From: Candidatus Levyibacteriota bacterium
Lineage (GTDB): Bacteria; Patescibacteriota; Microgenomatia; Levybacterales; UBA12049
Length of the DNA: 64,000 bases
Reading direction: 5' to 3'
Assembly: GCA_049519175.1 (NCBI GenBank)
Contig: JBEKQZ010000002.1
Coordinates: 70,782-134,781 of the forward strand
The notes under the pieces were generated by a model. The model was not told the origin of the DNA. It did not search any database and was given only the letters and a program-made list of their open reading frames with translations. Shown piece after piece: positions 35,246 to 45,652 of the stretch. How positions within the stretch are numbered: position 1 is the stretch's first letter; each line of letters starts with the position of its first letter. A program made the position numbers and the translations under genes.

Positions 35246-36958
35246 CTATTTCTTAATTTCCTTTAGTAACTGGAGATTTGCTTGAGACGGATCCAATTTA
35301 TAAGCTCTATTGGCATAAAATAAAGCCGATGCTGTCGCTCCTTTCTCAAAATACGCCGTAGCCATCAGCTGATTTAAGGTTATATTTTGTGGAGAAAGTG
35401 CTAGCGGTTTCTTAAGAAAGCTAATTATAATATCCGGATCTTTTTCTACCTGATAAAAGAAAAGTGCAATATTGTCATATGAGTTTATATTATTTTTATT
35501 TTGTAGCATGTCATAAAAAAGTTTCTTTGATGCGGAAATTTGTCCATCAGCTGCCAATACTAATCCAAGATTAGCTCGAATCTGTAAATAATTCGGTTCG
35601 AGTGCTACTGCTTTTTTTAGATACTTTAGGCTTTCTTTTACATTGCCCAATTTTATTAACGCAGACGCGTAATCGTTGTCCATCGGAGCAGAGTTTTCAT
35701 ATAAAACATCGTGTGCGCCCAGCGTATAATTGCTATACCAATTCCCTATCCGCACGTAAGTTCTAATCATCGCCAAAGGAATGAAAATTAAAGCTACAAC
35801 AACCATTAGCCAAACAAATTTCTGGTAATTAATAAGCTTTGCAATTACTAATCCGGCAAAACCCAGCACGCCGATTATGGGCACATACACCCATCTTTCG
35901 GCCACTGTTCCATCCAAGGGGATTATGTTGGAAAGCATCGCAAAACCTATGATTATCCAAAAAAAGAAAAAAGCTAGATATCGGGATTTATATTTAAAAA
36001 ATAAGCTGACTAAAATAATAGCGACCATTATTACCACTACGAGAGAAAAATAGAACCTTGGATCGGAAAATCCGGAAATTATGTCTCTCTGCGACGCATA
36101 TAAATCTTTAGGGAAAATAATCAGCCGAGTATACGAAGCTAACTCATAAGGCAATGTAAATAATCTGACTATTAAAGGCGCCCGCGCAATAGGCGAAACG
36201 ACTATGGAATTCTGTTGACTCAAAAGGATTGCGGCAACTTTAAAACGGAGAAAACCGTAGATTAGTAACGGTACTAATCCAAAAGAAATTGTAATTTTAT
36301 TTATTTTTTTATAGACCAAACAAAGACTGGGAACGAGAATTACAGTTAAAATTCCTGTTTCTTTACCCAACAGACTGCAAAGAACAAAAACGCAGATTAG
36401 AATAATTCTTCTTAATGAATATTTACTATGACAATAGTCTATGGTCAGAATTAAAGCTGCTAAAAGGAAAAATACCACCAGCAGCTCTTGCGTGCTGGCG
36501 ATATAGGCAACGCTTTCGACTTGAACCGGATGAACTAAAAAAATTAAGGCCAGAAAAAAGCTGATTGTCTGCACATATTTAATTTTTGTTATCGCGAAAA
36601 ATTTCTTGAAGAATATAAACAATAAAATTGAATTGCAAATGTGTAATGCAAGATCGAATAAATGAAAAACCCAAGCTTGAGCTCCGAAAACTGAATAGAT
36701 AAGGGAGTATGTAATTGGCATCAGCGGTTTGTAATATATACCCTGACCATTCTCAAATGTGCTGGTTGCAAACATTGTGGGAATGTTGGAGAGACTATGC
36801 ACCAAAGGGTTTACAAGGATTTGCCATTCATCATCTTGGACAAAACCGTTAAATAAACTCCTGAAATAAAGTAAAAAGCCGATTATAACCAAAAACGTGA
36901 TGGGATAAAGCGGAAAAGAGAATTCAAGTTTATCGACATATTTCTTCAACGTTTTCAT
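35246..36958 (-). CDS. polytopic membrane protein with C-terminal TPR repeats (GT-C / O-antigen-ligase-like architecture)
   Basis: ~12 TM helices N-terminally. The C-terminal ~170 aa contain TPR-like repeats (YASALIKLGNVKESLKYLKKAVALEPNY..., ALFYANRAYKLDPSQ). Confidence 0.6.
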   Translation of the reverse strand: MKTLKKYVDKLEFSFPLYPITFLVIIGFLLYFRSLFNGFVQDDEWQILVNPLVHSLSNIPTMFATSTFENGQGIYYKPLMPITYSLIYSVFGAQAWVFHLFDLALHICNSILLFIFFKKFFAITKIKYVQTISFFLALIFLVHPVQVESVAYIASTQELLVVFFLLAALILTIDYCHSKYSLRRIILICVFVLCSLLGKETGILTVILVPSLCLVYKKINKITISFGLVPLLIYGFLRFKVAAILLSQQNSIVVSPIARAPLIVRLFTLPYELASYTRLIIFPKDLYASQRDIISGFSDPRFYFSLVVVIMVAIILVSLFFKYKSRYLAFFFFWIIIGFAMLSNIIPLDGTVAERWVYVPIIGVLGFAGLVIAKLINYQKFVWLMVVVALIFIPLAMIRTYVRIGNWYSNYTLGAHDVLYENSAPMDNDYASALIKLGNVKESLKYLKKAVALEPNYLQIRANLGLVLAADGQISASKKLFYDMLQNKNNINSYDNIALFFYQVEKDPDIIISFLKKPLALSPQNITLNQLMATAYFEKGATASALFYANRAYKLDPSQANLQLLKEIKK

Positions 36959-37005
36959 TTAACAATTGAGAGTATGCCACAAAAATCCAAATAGTGTCAA
37001 TCACC

Positions 37006-37974
37006 CTATTGTAGATACGGAAGGGGGTCAACAGTAACGTCGTTAATTCTGATTTCAAAATGGACGTGCGGCCCGGTGGTTCTTCCGGTTAAACCAATCC
37101 AGCCGATAACCGTCTGTCCCCCAACCACCTGCTGCCCAACGCTCACGTTAACTGCTTCCATATGGGCATATAAAGTTTTGTAACCGCCGCCATGGTCAAT
37201 GACGACGTCATTACCGTATCCATAGTTGTAGCCGCCGGTGTTGACCTCCGCGACTACTCCCGACTTAGCCGCAATAATCGGCGTTCCGTAAGGCGCGGCC
37301 AAATCCAAAGCCTCATGATACCAGGAAGCAAACTGGGTAATAATGCCGTGCACCGGCCAGGTAAATCCGGAAGCCGAAAACGACGTCGCACTTGGACCCT
37401 GGGCAATATAGACTTGCGGCTGGATAAACGGCTGCTCCGAAGGCTCAACACCGTTTGGAACAATCAACATCTGCCCGGTAACCAAAGAAAATGTCTCGGG
37501 ATTGGCAAAATCGTTAAACGGAAAATCGACAATTCCCTGCGGATCTGTGGCAAACTTTTTCGCGATTGAATAGACCGTGTCACCGCTTTGCACTTTATAG
37601 GAAATGCCGGTTACCGGCAAAATCTGCAGGGTGTCCCCGACATTAATATTGTCGTTGGACAAACTATTCGCCCACCGCACCGTGTCGGCGGAAATTCCGA
37701 ATTTTTGCGCAATGGTGGAAACCGTATCCCCGCTTTGCACGGTGTAAGTAATGGTTTTATCTCTGGGCTTTTGCGAAATTTGCGTGCCGAAAACATCCTC
37801 GCCAACCGCGATTGAGCTATTAGAAGGAGAATTAATTTTGGCGGAAACCGAGGAATTTTGCGAAAAAACGGGATAAGTGCTGGCTAAAAAGGGCGCGATA
37901 ATCACGCCGGCGGTTAAAACTCCCATGGTTGCCAAGTGCAAAAAAGGCCGGCTGTAGCGGCCTCTTTTAATCAT
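37006..37974 (-). CDS. LysM-domain M23 (LytM-type) peptidoglycan endopeptidase
   Basis: Signal/TM at the N-terminus. Two LysM repeats (YTVQSGDTVSTIAQKFGISADTVRWAN; YKVQSGDTVYSIAKKF). The C-terminal M23 domain has HEALD...YGYGNDVVIDHGGGYKTLYAHM...GPHVHFEI. The track ORF extends to 38157, but the ATG at 37974 (MIKRGRYSRPF..., followed by a TM helix) is the more plausible start. Confidence 0.8.
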   Translation of the reverse strand: MIKRGRYSRPFLHLATMGVLTAGVIIAPFLASTYPVFSQNSSVSAKINSPSNSSIAVGEDVFGTQISQKPRDKTITYTVQSGDTVSTIAQKFGISADTVRWANSLSNDNINVGDTLQILPVTGISYKVQSGDTVYSIAKKFATDPQGIVDFPFNDFANPETFSLVTGQMLIVPNGVEPSEQPFIQPQVYIAQGPSATSFSASGFTWPVHGIITQFASWYHEALDLAAPYGTPIIAAKSGVVAEVNTGGYNYGYGNDVVIDHGGGYKTLYAHMEAVNVSVGQQVVGGQTVIGWIGLTGRTTGPHVHFEIRINDVTVDPLPYLQ

Positions 37975-38190
37975 AAAGAACTTGACCAAAATATTCTTGT
38001 AGGTTTCAAAAATAATACTGGACGAAACCAGCCTCTCTTTAAAATAATGGCTGAAGAAATTTAAAAAGTCGGGAAACGCAGACACAAATTTTTGCGCAGG
38101 CAAAAATAAGTTTAAGACTCGTCTTTTATTCATTTTGGGTGATATAAATGGTATCAAAATAAAGCCGGAGTGTCAATTTTCGGAGCGGAG

Positions 38191-39528
38191 CTACGACGGT
38201 TTAAGCGAATCTAAAAACTCTTCATTGGTTTCGGTTTTTTCCAGTTTCTCAATTAACAGTTGTGTCCGTTCTTCTTCACCCAACATATAAAGCATTCTTC
38301 TCATGACTGTTAGTTTTTGTAAAAGCTCCGGGGCAAGAATTAGTTCCTCCTGCCTGGTGCCGGAAGCTTCGATGTCAATGCTTGGGTAAACCCGTCTGTC
38401 GGCCAATTTTCTGTCCAAATGCAATTCCATATTGCCGGTGCCTTTGAATTCCTCGTAAATTAAATCGTCCATCCTAGAGCCGGTATCCACCAAAGCCGTG
38501 CCGATGATGGTTAATGAACCACCTTCCTGGCAATTTCTGGCGGCGCCAAAAAATTTCTTGGCCGGCCACAAAGCGGCCGGATCAAAACCTCCGGACAGCG
38601 TTCGCCCAGATGGAGCGACCGACAAATTGTAAGCTCTAGCCAAACGGGTAATCGAATCCAAAAGGATAATGACGTCTTTACCCATTTCCACCATTCTCTT
38701 TGCCCGGTCAAGCGTAATTTCAGCCACCCTGGTTTGGTCTTCCGGCGGCTCGTCAAAATTAGAAGCGACCACTTCACCTTTGACCGAAGACATAATATCG
38801 GTGACTTCTTCCGGCCGCTCTCCGATTAAAGCCGCCATTAAATGCGCTTTAGGAAAATTTTGCGAGATTCCGGCCGCCAATTCTTTGAGAATTGTCGTTT
38901 TGCCGGCTTTTGGCGGAGAGACAATCATCCCTCTTTGACCAAAACCAATCGGCGCAATTAAATCGATAATCCTGGTCGACAATGGTTTTTTGCCGGTCGT
39001 CAAAACCACTTGTTTTTTGGGATAAATCGGCACCAGTTCGTCAAAATACGGTCGGTTTAGCGAATCGTCGGCGTTAATTTCGTTGACTTTCTCCACTTTT
39101 AAAAGCCCGAAATACCGCTCGGTGTCTTTGGGCGGACGGCCAACGCCTTCGACCAAATCCCCCGGCCTAAGCATAAAGCGCCTAATTTGCGACTGGGAAA
39201 TATAAATATCGCGTTGCGAAGGAATAAAGCGCGGTCGTAAAAAGCCGTGTCCTTCGGGTTGAATATCCAAAAAGCCTTTGACGACTTGGGTGGGAACTGG
39301 TTGTTGCTCGTAGCGGTCTTGATATTCCCGTGGGGCAACCGGTCTTGGCTCGACATAAGTTGATTGAACCGGCCCTGCAACGACTTCCGGCTCTTTTACA
39401 ACTGCTTCAGCTACAGGAGTTTCCTCCGCTGTTTTGGTTGGTTTTCCAACAATCTCCTCAATTGAAGTTTTTTTAGCTGGTTCGACTTGCACTGAGCTTG
39501 TCGAATGTGCTTTCTTTTTGACTGGCAT
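38191..39528 (-). CDS. rho: transcription termination factor Rho
   Basis: Walker A GKTTILKELAAGIS and the RecA-like core, with a Rho RNA-binding region. The ~100-aa low-complexity N-terminal extension is typical of many Rho proteins. Confidence 0.9.
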   Translation of the reverse strand: MPVKKKAHSTSSVQVEPAKKTSIEEIVGKPTKTAEETPVAEAVVKEPEVVAGPVQSTYVEPRPVAPREYQDRYEQQPVPTQVVKGFLDIQPEGHGFLRPRFIPSQRDIYISQSQIRRFMLRPGDLVEGVGRPPKDTERYFGLLKVEKVNEINADDSLNRPYFDELVPIYPKKQVVLTTGKKPLSTRIIDLIAPIGFGQRGMIVSPPKAGKTTILKELAAGISQNFPKAHLMAALIGERPEEVTDIMSSVKGEVVASNFDEPPEDQTRVAEITLDRAKRMVEMGKDVIILLDSITRLARAYNLSVAPSGRTLSGGFDPAALWPAKKFFGAARNCQEGGSLTIIGTALVDTGSRMDDLIYEEFKGTGNMELHLDRKLADRRVYPSIDIEASGTRQEELILAPELLQKLTVMRRMLYMLGEEERTQLLIEKLEKTETNEEFLDSLKPS

Positions 39529-39677
39529 AAATGTTATAAATCTGAAACTAAAGGGAATTTGCTTTGAAGACTCTTAAAGCAAGCTCATTACATCATACTA
39601 TACTCGTTTTGTCAAGTGGTGAACTTAAACTAATTGCTAACTTTGTAATTCAACCGCTTGACATAAGCCTATAACGC

Positions 39678-40415
39678 GTGTTATGCTCCAATCCTGCTCC
39701 TGCCACAAACATTAATAAGAAAATGATGAAGAAAATATTCTCTATATTACTACTTGTTGCGGCTTTGAGCATTTTACCAAGGCCTACTTACGCCGATTGC
39801 CAGGCCTTATATGGCGGCGGACAGACTTGCACGTCTTACAGCTTCTCCTTGCAAAAATTTGTCCAGGTTCCCGGCCTTTCCTGGGGGAATTTCGTTAACA
39901 ACCTTTCGGTCAATGACCCGAAATTTTCTCTGTCGCAAACCGTCAATTTTCAAATTGTGGTCACTAACACCGGCTCCAACGACATTTCCAGCGTTACCGT
40001 TGTTGATACTTTTCCGCAGTTTGTCAGCTTTGTCGCCGGCCCCGGCAGTTTTAATACCAATAATAACACTTTGACTTTTGTCGTCAATAATTTGAACGTC
40101 GGACAAAACCAAACTTTTAATTTAAGCGGCAAAATTGCCAACTCCGGAGTTCCACAAGGTATTACTTGCGTTGTTAACCAAGCGGCAGGAACCGATAACA
40201 ACGGCGACACCAACACGGCTTCCAGCCAACTATGCATCCAAAATGTTACTAGCCCGACGCCAACGCCGGTGCTTTTGCCGATCGCGCAGGTCAAAACTAC
40301 TCCCCCAACGGGACCAGAAATGATTCCATTGGCTTTACTTTTCCCCGGAGCTTTAGGGGGATTATTCTTAAGAAGAAAATCTCAAAAATCTATTGTTAAA
40401 GGAGGTGAAAAATAA
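39678..40415 (+). CDS. secreted DUF11-like (conserved-repeat) surface protein with a C-terminal sorting-signal-like tail
   Basis: Signal peptide (likely start MMKKIFSILLLVAALSILPRPTYA at ~39720). VVTNTGSNDISSVTVVDTFPQFVSFV is DUF11-like. The C-terminus TPPTGPEMIPLALLFPGALGGLFLRRKSQKS has a motif, a hydrophobic segment and a basic tail. Confidence 0.5.
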   Translation: MLCSNPAPATNINKKMMKKIFSILLLVAALSILPRPTYADCQALYGGGQTCTSYSFSLQKFVQVPGLSWGNFVNNLSVNDPKFSLSQTVNFQIVVTNTGSNDISSVTVVDTFPQFVSFVAGPGSFNTNNNTLTFVVNNLNVGQNQTFNLSGKIANSGVPQGITCVVNQAAGTDNNGDTNTASSQLCIQNVTSPTPTPVLLPIAQVKTTPPTGPEMIPLALLFPGALGGLFLRRKSQKSIVKGGEK

Positions 40416-41020
40416 TGAAAGGTAAAGAAATAGCAAAAGCATTCCTTATCGCTGGAGGTCTTGGAATAGCAGGAGGAGGATGCAGTAGCGCTCCAGCACC
40501 AACACCAGAGAAAATCTACGTCACTCCAGCACCAACCGTAACGCCAGAAATTATATATGTAACTCCAGCGCCAGGTTGCGATAACGGGTGTGCAGTAGAA
40601 ACTCCAGCGCCTATGCTAAAAGATATCCTAGGGGAACCAAACGTACCTTATACAACTACCGGTTGGTATCTTGTGGACGGTGACGTTTTCGTACAAGCTC
40701 CCGGATGTCAGTTAGCTGATAGAACTTTTGACGATGGTAGATTAACAGGACAGGCAACAGTCGTTCCTCCAGGGACTCGAATTGAAGGACAATGGGGATT
40801 TGATGCTCATCCTTTAGCTCCTGCTGGAGAGGTACCATTAAATGTTAACTCTGATAATATTCTGAGTTATATCCAAAGCGACTCACAGCAAAGAATGCAA
40901 GCTACGTTACACGATTCACGAGGAAATTACCATCTTACTTCAATTAGAGTAAGTTTGTTAAACCCTGATGGAACGCTTAGTGTTCTCGAAACTGTAACAC
41001 CAACGCCACAAGGAAACTAG
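40415..41020 (+). CDS. putative lipoprotein
   Basis: MKGKEIAKAFLIAGGLGIAGGGCSS has a lipobox-like GGC, followed by a TPAP-rich linker. Confidence 0.5.
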   Translation: MKGKEIAKAFLIAGGLGIAGGGCSSAPAPTPEKIYVTPAPTVTPEIIYVTPAPGCDNGCAVETPAPMLKDILGEPNVPYTTTGWYLVDGDVFVQAPGCQLADRTFDDGRLTGQATVVPPGTRIEGQWGFDAHPLAPAGEVPLNVNSDNILSYIQSDSQQRMQATLHDSRGNYHLTSIRVSLLNPDGTLSVLETVTPTPQGN

Positions 41021-41082
41021 TTCCTTGTTTAACGTTTAAACGCTAAAAAAGGCGGGATAAACCCTGCCTTTTTGGGTTAACT

Positions 41083-44000
41083 ATGAATATCAAATATGTG
41101 TTGTTAAGCAAACTTAAAACTTATTGGCCGATTGTTGTACTTTTGACAATTGCTTTGGTTTTGTGCGCCAAAAATTATACCCCCGGCACTTTCCTTTCCG
41201 GCTGGGATACTTTACATCCAGAATTTAACTTCGGTTTGGCTTTCCAAAGATACCTTACCGGCGTTTTTCGGGTTGAACAGGGCTTGGGAGCAGTCGCCGC
41301 ACACTCCGATATGGCCGATTTGCCCCGGCTGATTATTCTTTACATTTCTCATTTTATTTTACCGTTGGATTTTCTCCGTTATTTTTACATGTTTTTGAAC
41401 GTCATCATCGGCACTCTGGGAATGTATTTCTTTTTGCACAAACATGTTCTCAAACAAAAAACCGCCAGTTTCCTTGGAGCACTGTTTTACTTTTTGAACA
41501 TTGGAACAATGCAAATTTTTAATGTCCCCTTTGAAATGTTTATTACTCTTTTTATGACTTTACCGTTGCTTTTTTACTTTGCCACCGGTTATTTAAGTGA
41601 ACCTAACCGAAGAGGGAAAAATTTACTCTTTTTCTGCGTTTTTGCATTACTCAATAGTCCTTCCGCCTATGCGGCAACACTCTGGTATGTCTTTTTTGCC
41701 GCCTTTTTTATCTACTTCTTGACCTTTGCTTTAGTGTATAAAAAAGAATACCGGGAAACGCTAAAACATTTTTGGATCTTAACAATTGCGCTTTTGGCGG
41801 TCAATCTTTTCTGGCTGGCGCCCAATATTTACTTTGTTTTATATCATGCCAAAGATGTTCAAGGGGCCAATATCAATCTACTTTTTTCCGACCAAGCCTT
41901 TCTTAAAAATAAGGAGTTCGGCACACTTGGCAATTTACTGTTATTAAAAAGTTTTTATTTTGACTGGAACATTTATCAAGGCCACAACGTTTTTACCGAC
42001 CTTTTACTTCCCTATATTGACTACCTGAAGAACATTTTCGTCTTGATTTTAAGCTATGGTTTGGGTTTATGTTTTTTGACGGGAATTTTCTTGTCGGCCA
42101 GGAAATTGCGACTAAAATTCGTTCCGTTAGTAGTGCTGTTATGTTTCTGTCTATTTTTTTTAGTCAACGCTAATTCCCCCACCGCGCCAATTTACAACCT
42201 TTTCCAGAACCATTTTCCCTTTTTTAAAGAGGCTTTTCGCTTCCCCGACGATAAAATTTTGAACCTTTACGTTTTCCTGGTTTCCATTTTCTTTGGCTTT
42301 TTTGCTTTATTTGTAATTGAGACGTTAAAGAAAATTAATCTGAAACTTGAGGCTATTTTTGCCATAATTGTTGCCTTACTGATTATTTTCTACAGTCTTC
42401 CTTCGTTTGCCGGCAATTTTATCAATACCGATATGCGCGTCAAAATTCCTAACTCTTATTTCCAACTGTTTGACTACTTAAACACACAGCCGGAAACGCT
42501 GCGCGTTGCTAATCTACCGATTAATTCGCCATATGGTTGGGTTTATTACAATTGGGGCTATCAAGGGGCGGGCTTTCTCTATTTTGGCATCAAACAACCG
42601 CTTCTAGACCGGGATTTTGACCGCTGGAGCCCTTACAATGAGTCTTATTACCGGGAAATGTCTTATGCGATTTATAAAAATGACGAGAGTTTGCTAAAAA
42701 GCGTTATTAATAAATACCAAATTGGTTTTATTCTGATTGATAAAAGCGTAGTCGATCCGCAAAACCCCAAAAGCATTCTCTATTTTGACCAAAGCAAAAA
42801 ACTGATCGAAGCAAGCGGACTTTTGCAAACCGAACATGATTTTGGCAATATCGAACTATTTAAATTAAAAACTGATCCCAATATTATTACCACAGTTAAT
42901 ACCAAAGTGAATGTTTCACCTACGACTAACACCATTTACGAAGATTTTGTCTACAACCAAATTGGCGATTATATTTCCTCTCCAACCATTAAAGGCTTCG
43001 ACAACCAATTTTATCCTTTCCGGGATTTAATCGACAACCAATCCAAACTGCACAATAATATTTTGAGTATAAATGCCGATGACATAACCTTGAATCCTTT
43101 AAAACCGGTCCAAAACTTTCCGTCCGGGCAGCTTGCAAACTATTTTACTGTTATTCCGGCAGATTTAATTGTCGAAAAAAACGGCGGCAGCCTAAATCTC
43201 TCCTTGTATCCCAACGTGCCAACTTTTGATAAGCTTTCCGCCGCTTCGCCATTTCAGACAACTTTGGATATTGGTCAGACAAGCAATGATCTTGCGCTTT
43301 CGGTCAACCAAAACGAGTTGCTTAATCTTGCTGATTTGCCCGAAAATACGCCTCTGGCTATCACCAAGGTTAATCTGCAAAACAGCGACAACACGATTAG
43401 TATTTTCGACAACAGTAATTCCGTTTCGCTTACTAATGTTGCAATGGTCATTAATCCTTTCTTTTCCTCCTGCGACGGAAAGATGGCACCGCAAACAACT
43501 ATCACGCCAAACGCAATTCAAATTAAAGGCATTGGAGATATTTGTATTTTGATTCCTTATGGTTTTTTTCAAACACAGATTAGCGGACAAAACGCTAATA
43601 TTTTGACTAATTTTAGCTTCCAATTCAACGGCAACGCCCAAATAAATTCCTGCCTTTTTGATCAACAAACTTCCAGCTGCATTTATTACAAAAATCCGGT
43701 CAGAACCGGCAATATTGCTTCTTTTCCTTATGTGCTGGATACAAACAAAGTCTCTTCAACTGCGCTTAGAATTATTCTCCAAGCTAATCAAACTAGCCCA
43801 ACTACCTACCTTTTGAGCAATTTAAACGCTTCTTACGCAACTTCTCTTGCCGATGTTAGTATTACCAAAGATTTTATTGATAGCCTTTTTCTGCAAAACC
43901 AACTGATTTCCTTTAGTCATATTTCTCTGCCGAAAAACATTATTTACAACCCCGGTTTTACCGTTACCAACATACAGAAATTTAGTAACGATTGTCCATC

Positions 44001-44808
44001 GCCTGCTGCCGGTGCCCAAAAATCAATCGTGAACATTAACGGAACAGCTGAAGTAAAATATAGCGCTAATAATGGCAGCTTTTGTGACCATTTTTCCTAC
44101 CAGAATCTCCCCCACAATCAAGCATATCTACTGGTGGTAAATTCTCAGAACGAAACCGGTTTGCCTTTAACTTTGTGTGTAAAAAATTACACTTCCGGAA
44201 GGTGCGACATTTATGCTAATTTATCAAGTTTTAAGACTCTTGATAAAGACGTTTTCTTACTTCCGCCGATGGATGGCAGTGGCAGCGGATACGACGTGGA
44301 TCTCTCCAATTTAGGCATTAAAGACACTCCAGCGGTCAATTATTTGTCTTCCGTTGACTTTATTCCTATTCCCTACACTCTTTTGCAAAATATTCAGACC
44401 GCAAACCAAAACGGTAAAATTAATCTAACCGGAAAAATCGAAAAAATAACTAAATATTCTTCCGCTTTTTATCTGGTGAAAACCGACGGCAATCCGACTA
44501 TTGTAAACCTTAATCTTTCGTATGAAAAAGGCTTCCGGGCCTACTATCTTAACTGTTCCTCAAACTTTTCCTGTGCTATCAAAGGCAGTCTAGCACCTTT
44601 CTTTATAAAAGAAATTACCCAACACGTTTTGGTCAATAATTGGTCAAACGGTTGGCTGGTAAATGGCGAAAATCAAATTGTGATAATCTTTCTTCCGCAA
44701 TATTTGGAGTATTTGGGCTTTATTCTACTTTTCGTGCCTGTTCTGCTAGTTTTAGTAAAAGTTTTAGCCTCAAAAGCAATGAAAAAGAAGCCGCTTAGGG
44801 TTGACTGA
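41083..44808 (+). CDS. large (1241 aa) membrane protein: N-terminal polytopic GT-C-like domain, ~800-aa extracytoplasmic region, C-terminal TM anchor
   Basis: ~13 TM helices in the first 450 aa. A long soluble region follows. A final TM (FILLFVPVLLVLVKVLA) is followed by a KKKPLRVD tail. Confidence 0.6.
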   Translation: MNIKYVLLSKLKTYWPIVVLLTIALVLCAKNYTPGTFLSGWDTLHPEFNFGLAFQRYLTGVFRVEQGLGAVAAHSDMADLPRLIILYISHFILPLDFLRYFYMFLNVIIGTLGMYFFLHKHVLKQKTASFLGALFYFLNIGTMQIFNVPFEMFITLFMTLPLLFYFATGYLSEPNRRGKNLLFFCVFALLNSPSAYAATLWYVFFAAFFIYFLTFALVYKKEYRETLKHFWILTIALLAVNLFWLAPNIYFVLYHAKDVQGANINLLFSDQAFLKNKEFGTLGNLLLLKSFYFDWNIYQGHNVFTDLLLPYIDYLKNIFVLILSYGLGLCFLTGIFLSARKLRLKFVPLVVLLCFCLFFLVNANSPTAPIYNLFQNHFPFFKEAFRFPDDKILNLYVFLVSIFFGFFALFVIETLKKINLKLEAIFAIIVALLIIFYSLPSFAGNFINTDMRVKIPNSYFQLFDYLNTQPETLRVANLPINSPYGWVYYNWGYQGAGFLYFGIKQPLLDRDFDRWSPYNESYYREMSYAIYKNDESLLKSVINKYQIGFILIDKSVVDPQNPKSILYFDQSKKLIEASGLLQTEHDFGNIELFKLKTDPNIITTVNTKVNVSPTTNTIYEDFVYNQIGDYISSPTIKGFDNQFYPFRDLIDNQSKLHNNILSINADDITLNPLKPVQNFPSGQLANYFTVIPADLIVEKNGGSLNLSLYPNVPTFDKLSAASPFQTTLDIGQTSNDLALSVNQNELLNLADLPENTPLAITKVNLQNSDNTISIFDNSNSVSLTNVAMVINPFFSSCDGKMAPQTTITPNAIQIKGIGDICILIPYGFFQTQISGQNANILTNFSFQFNGNAQINSCLFDQQTSSCIYYKNPVRTGNIASFPYVLDTNKVSSTALRIILQANQTSPTTYLLSNLNASYATSLADVSITKDFIDSLFLQNQLISFSHISLPKNIIYNPGFTVTNIQKFSNDCPSPAAGAQKSIVNINGTAEVKYSANNGSFCDHFSYQNLPHNQAYLLVVNSQNETGLPLTLCVKNYTSGRCDIYANLSSFKTLDKDVFLLPPMDGSGSGYDVDLSNLGIKDTPAVNYLSSVDFIPIPYTLLQNIQTANQNGKINLTGKIEKITKYSSAFYLVKTDGNPTIVNLNLSYEKGFRAYYLNCSSNFSCAIKGSLAPFFIKEITQHVLVNNWSNGWLVNGENQIVIIFLPQYLEYLGFILLFVPVLLVLVKVLASKAMKKKPLRVD

Positions 44809-44888
44809 CAACGTTTTTTATGCTAAGCTTAACACACACAAAATGATAACTGCCCTACACTAATCCATAGCAACCTCTGTCTAGATTT

Positions 44889-45647
44889 ATGAAAAATACA
44901 AAACCATTAATATCTATACTATTGCCCGTTCACAACTCGGCGGCCACGCTTGCAGAGTGCATTCAGAGTTTATTGAATCAGTCTTACAAGGAAATTGAAA
45001 TTATCGCCATTGATGACTTTTCTTCAGACAATTCCCGCTCAATTCTAAACGCTCTGAAGAAAATTGATAAAAGACTTAAAATTCACAAAAATGTCAAACG
45101 CTACGGCGTTTCGGTAACGCTGAACCGGCTGGTAAAGCTGGCCAAAGGCAATTTTATCGCTTTTATGGATACCGACGATATTTCTAGCCCTAACCGATTA
45201 AAAAAACAGTTGAATTTTTTGCTGAAAAACCCGGATGTCGTGGCGGTTGGCTCACAATGCACTTTTATCGACAGCGTAGGTAAAAAAATCGGCCGCAGCG
45301 ACTTCCCAACCGCAAGTGCTCTCATTTACCAAAATCCGCTCCACGGCATTTCCATGCAGTTTGAAACGGTGTTAATTAATAAAACCCTACTTCCCAAAGA
45401 TGTCTTGAAATTTACCGACTCCAATCCGTTTATTTACAGCGACATTTTTATGAAGCTAATGCCCTATGGAAAATTTGCTAATCTTGAAGATTTCCTGCAT
45501 TTCCATCGCAATGACCCGAAGATTTATCTTTCCGACGTTAAAAGGAATATTATTGCGCTGGTTAAGCTTTGGATAAAATCTAAGGCTTTTTATGATTACC
45601 AGCCGCCGCTTCGTTCCTTCTTCTCCCCGCTCATCAAACCCGCCTAA
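44889..45647 (+). CDS. family 2 glycosyltransferase
   Basis: ISILLPVHNSAATLAECIQSLLNQSYKEIEIIAIDDFSSDNS: GT2 N-terminal signature with the DxD region. Confidence 0.8.
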   Translation: MKNTKPLISILLPVHNSAATLAECIQSLLNQSYKEIEIIAIDDFSSDNSRSILNALKKIDKRLKIHKNVKRYGVSVTLNRLVKLAKGNFIAFMDTDDISSPNRLKKQLNFLLKNPDVVAVGSQCTFIDSVGKKIGRSDFPTASALIYQNPLHGISMQFETVLINKTLLPKDVLKFTDSNPFIYSDIFMKLMPYGKFANLEDFLHFHRNDPKIYLSDVKRNIIALVKLWIKSKAFYDYQPPLRSFFSPLIKPA

Positions 45648-45652
45648 CCCAT

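Noticed and set aside
37975-38157. N-terminal 61 residues of the track ORF for the LysM/M23 peptidase
   Set aside because: The sequence is low complexity and not protein-like. The internal ATG at 37974 (MIKRGRYSRPF...), followed directly by a TM helix, is the more plausible start.
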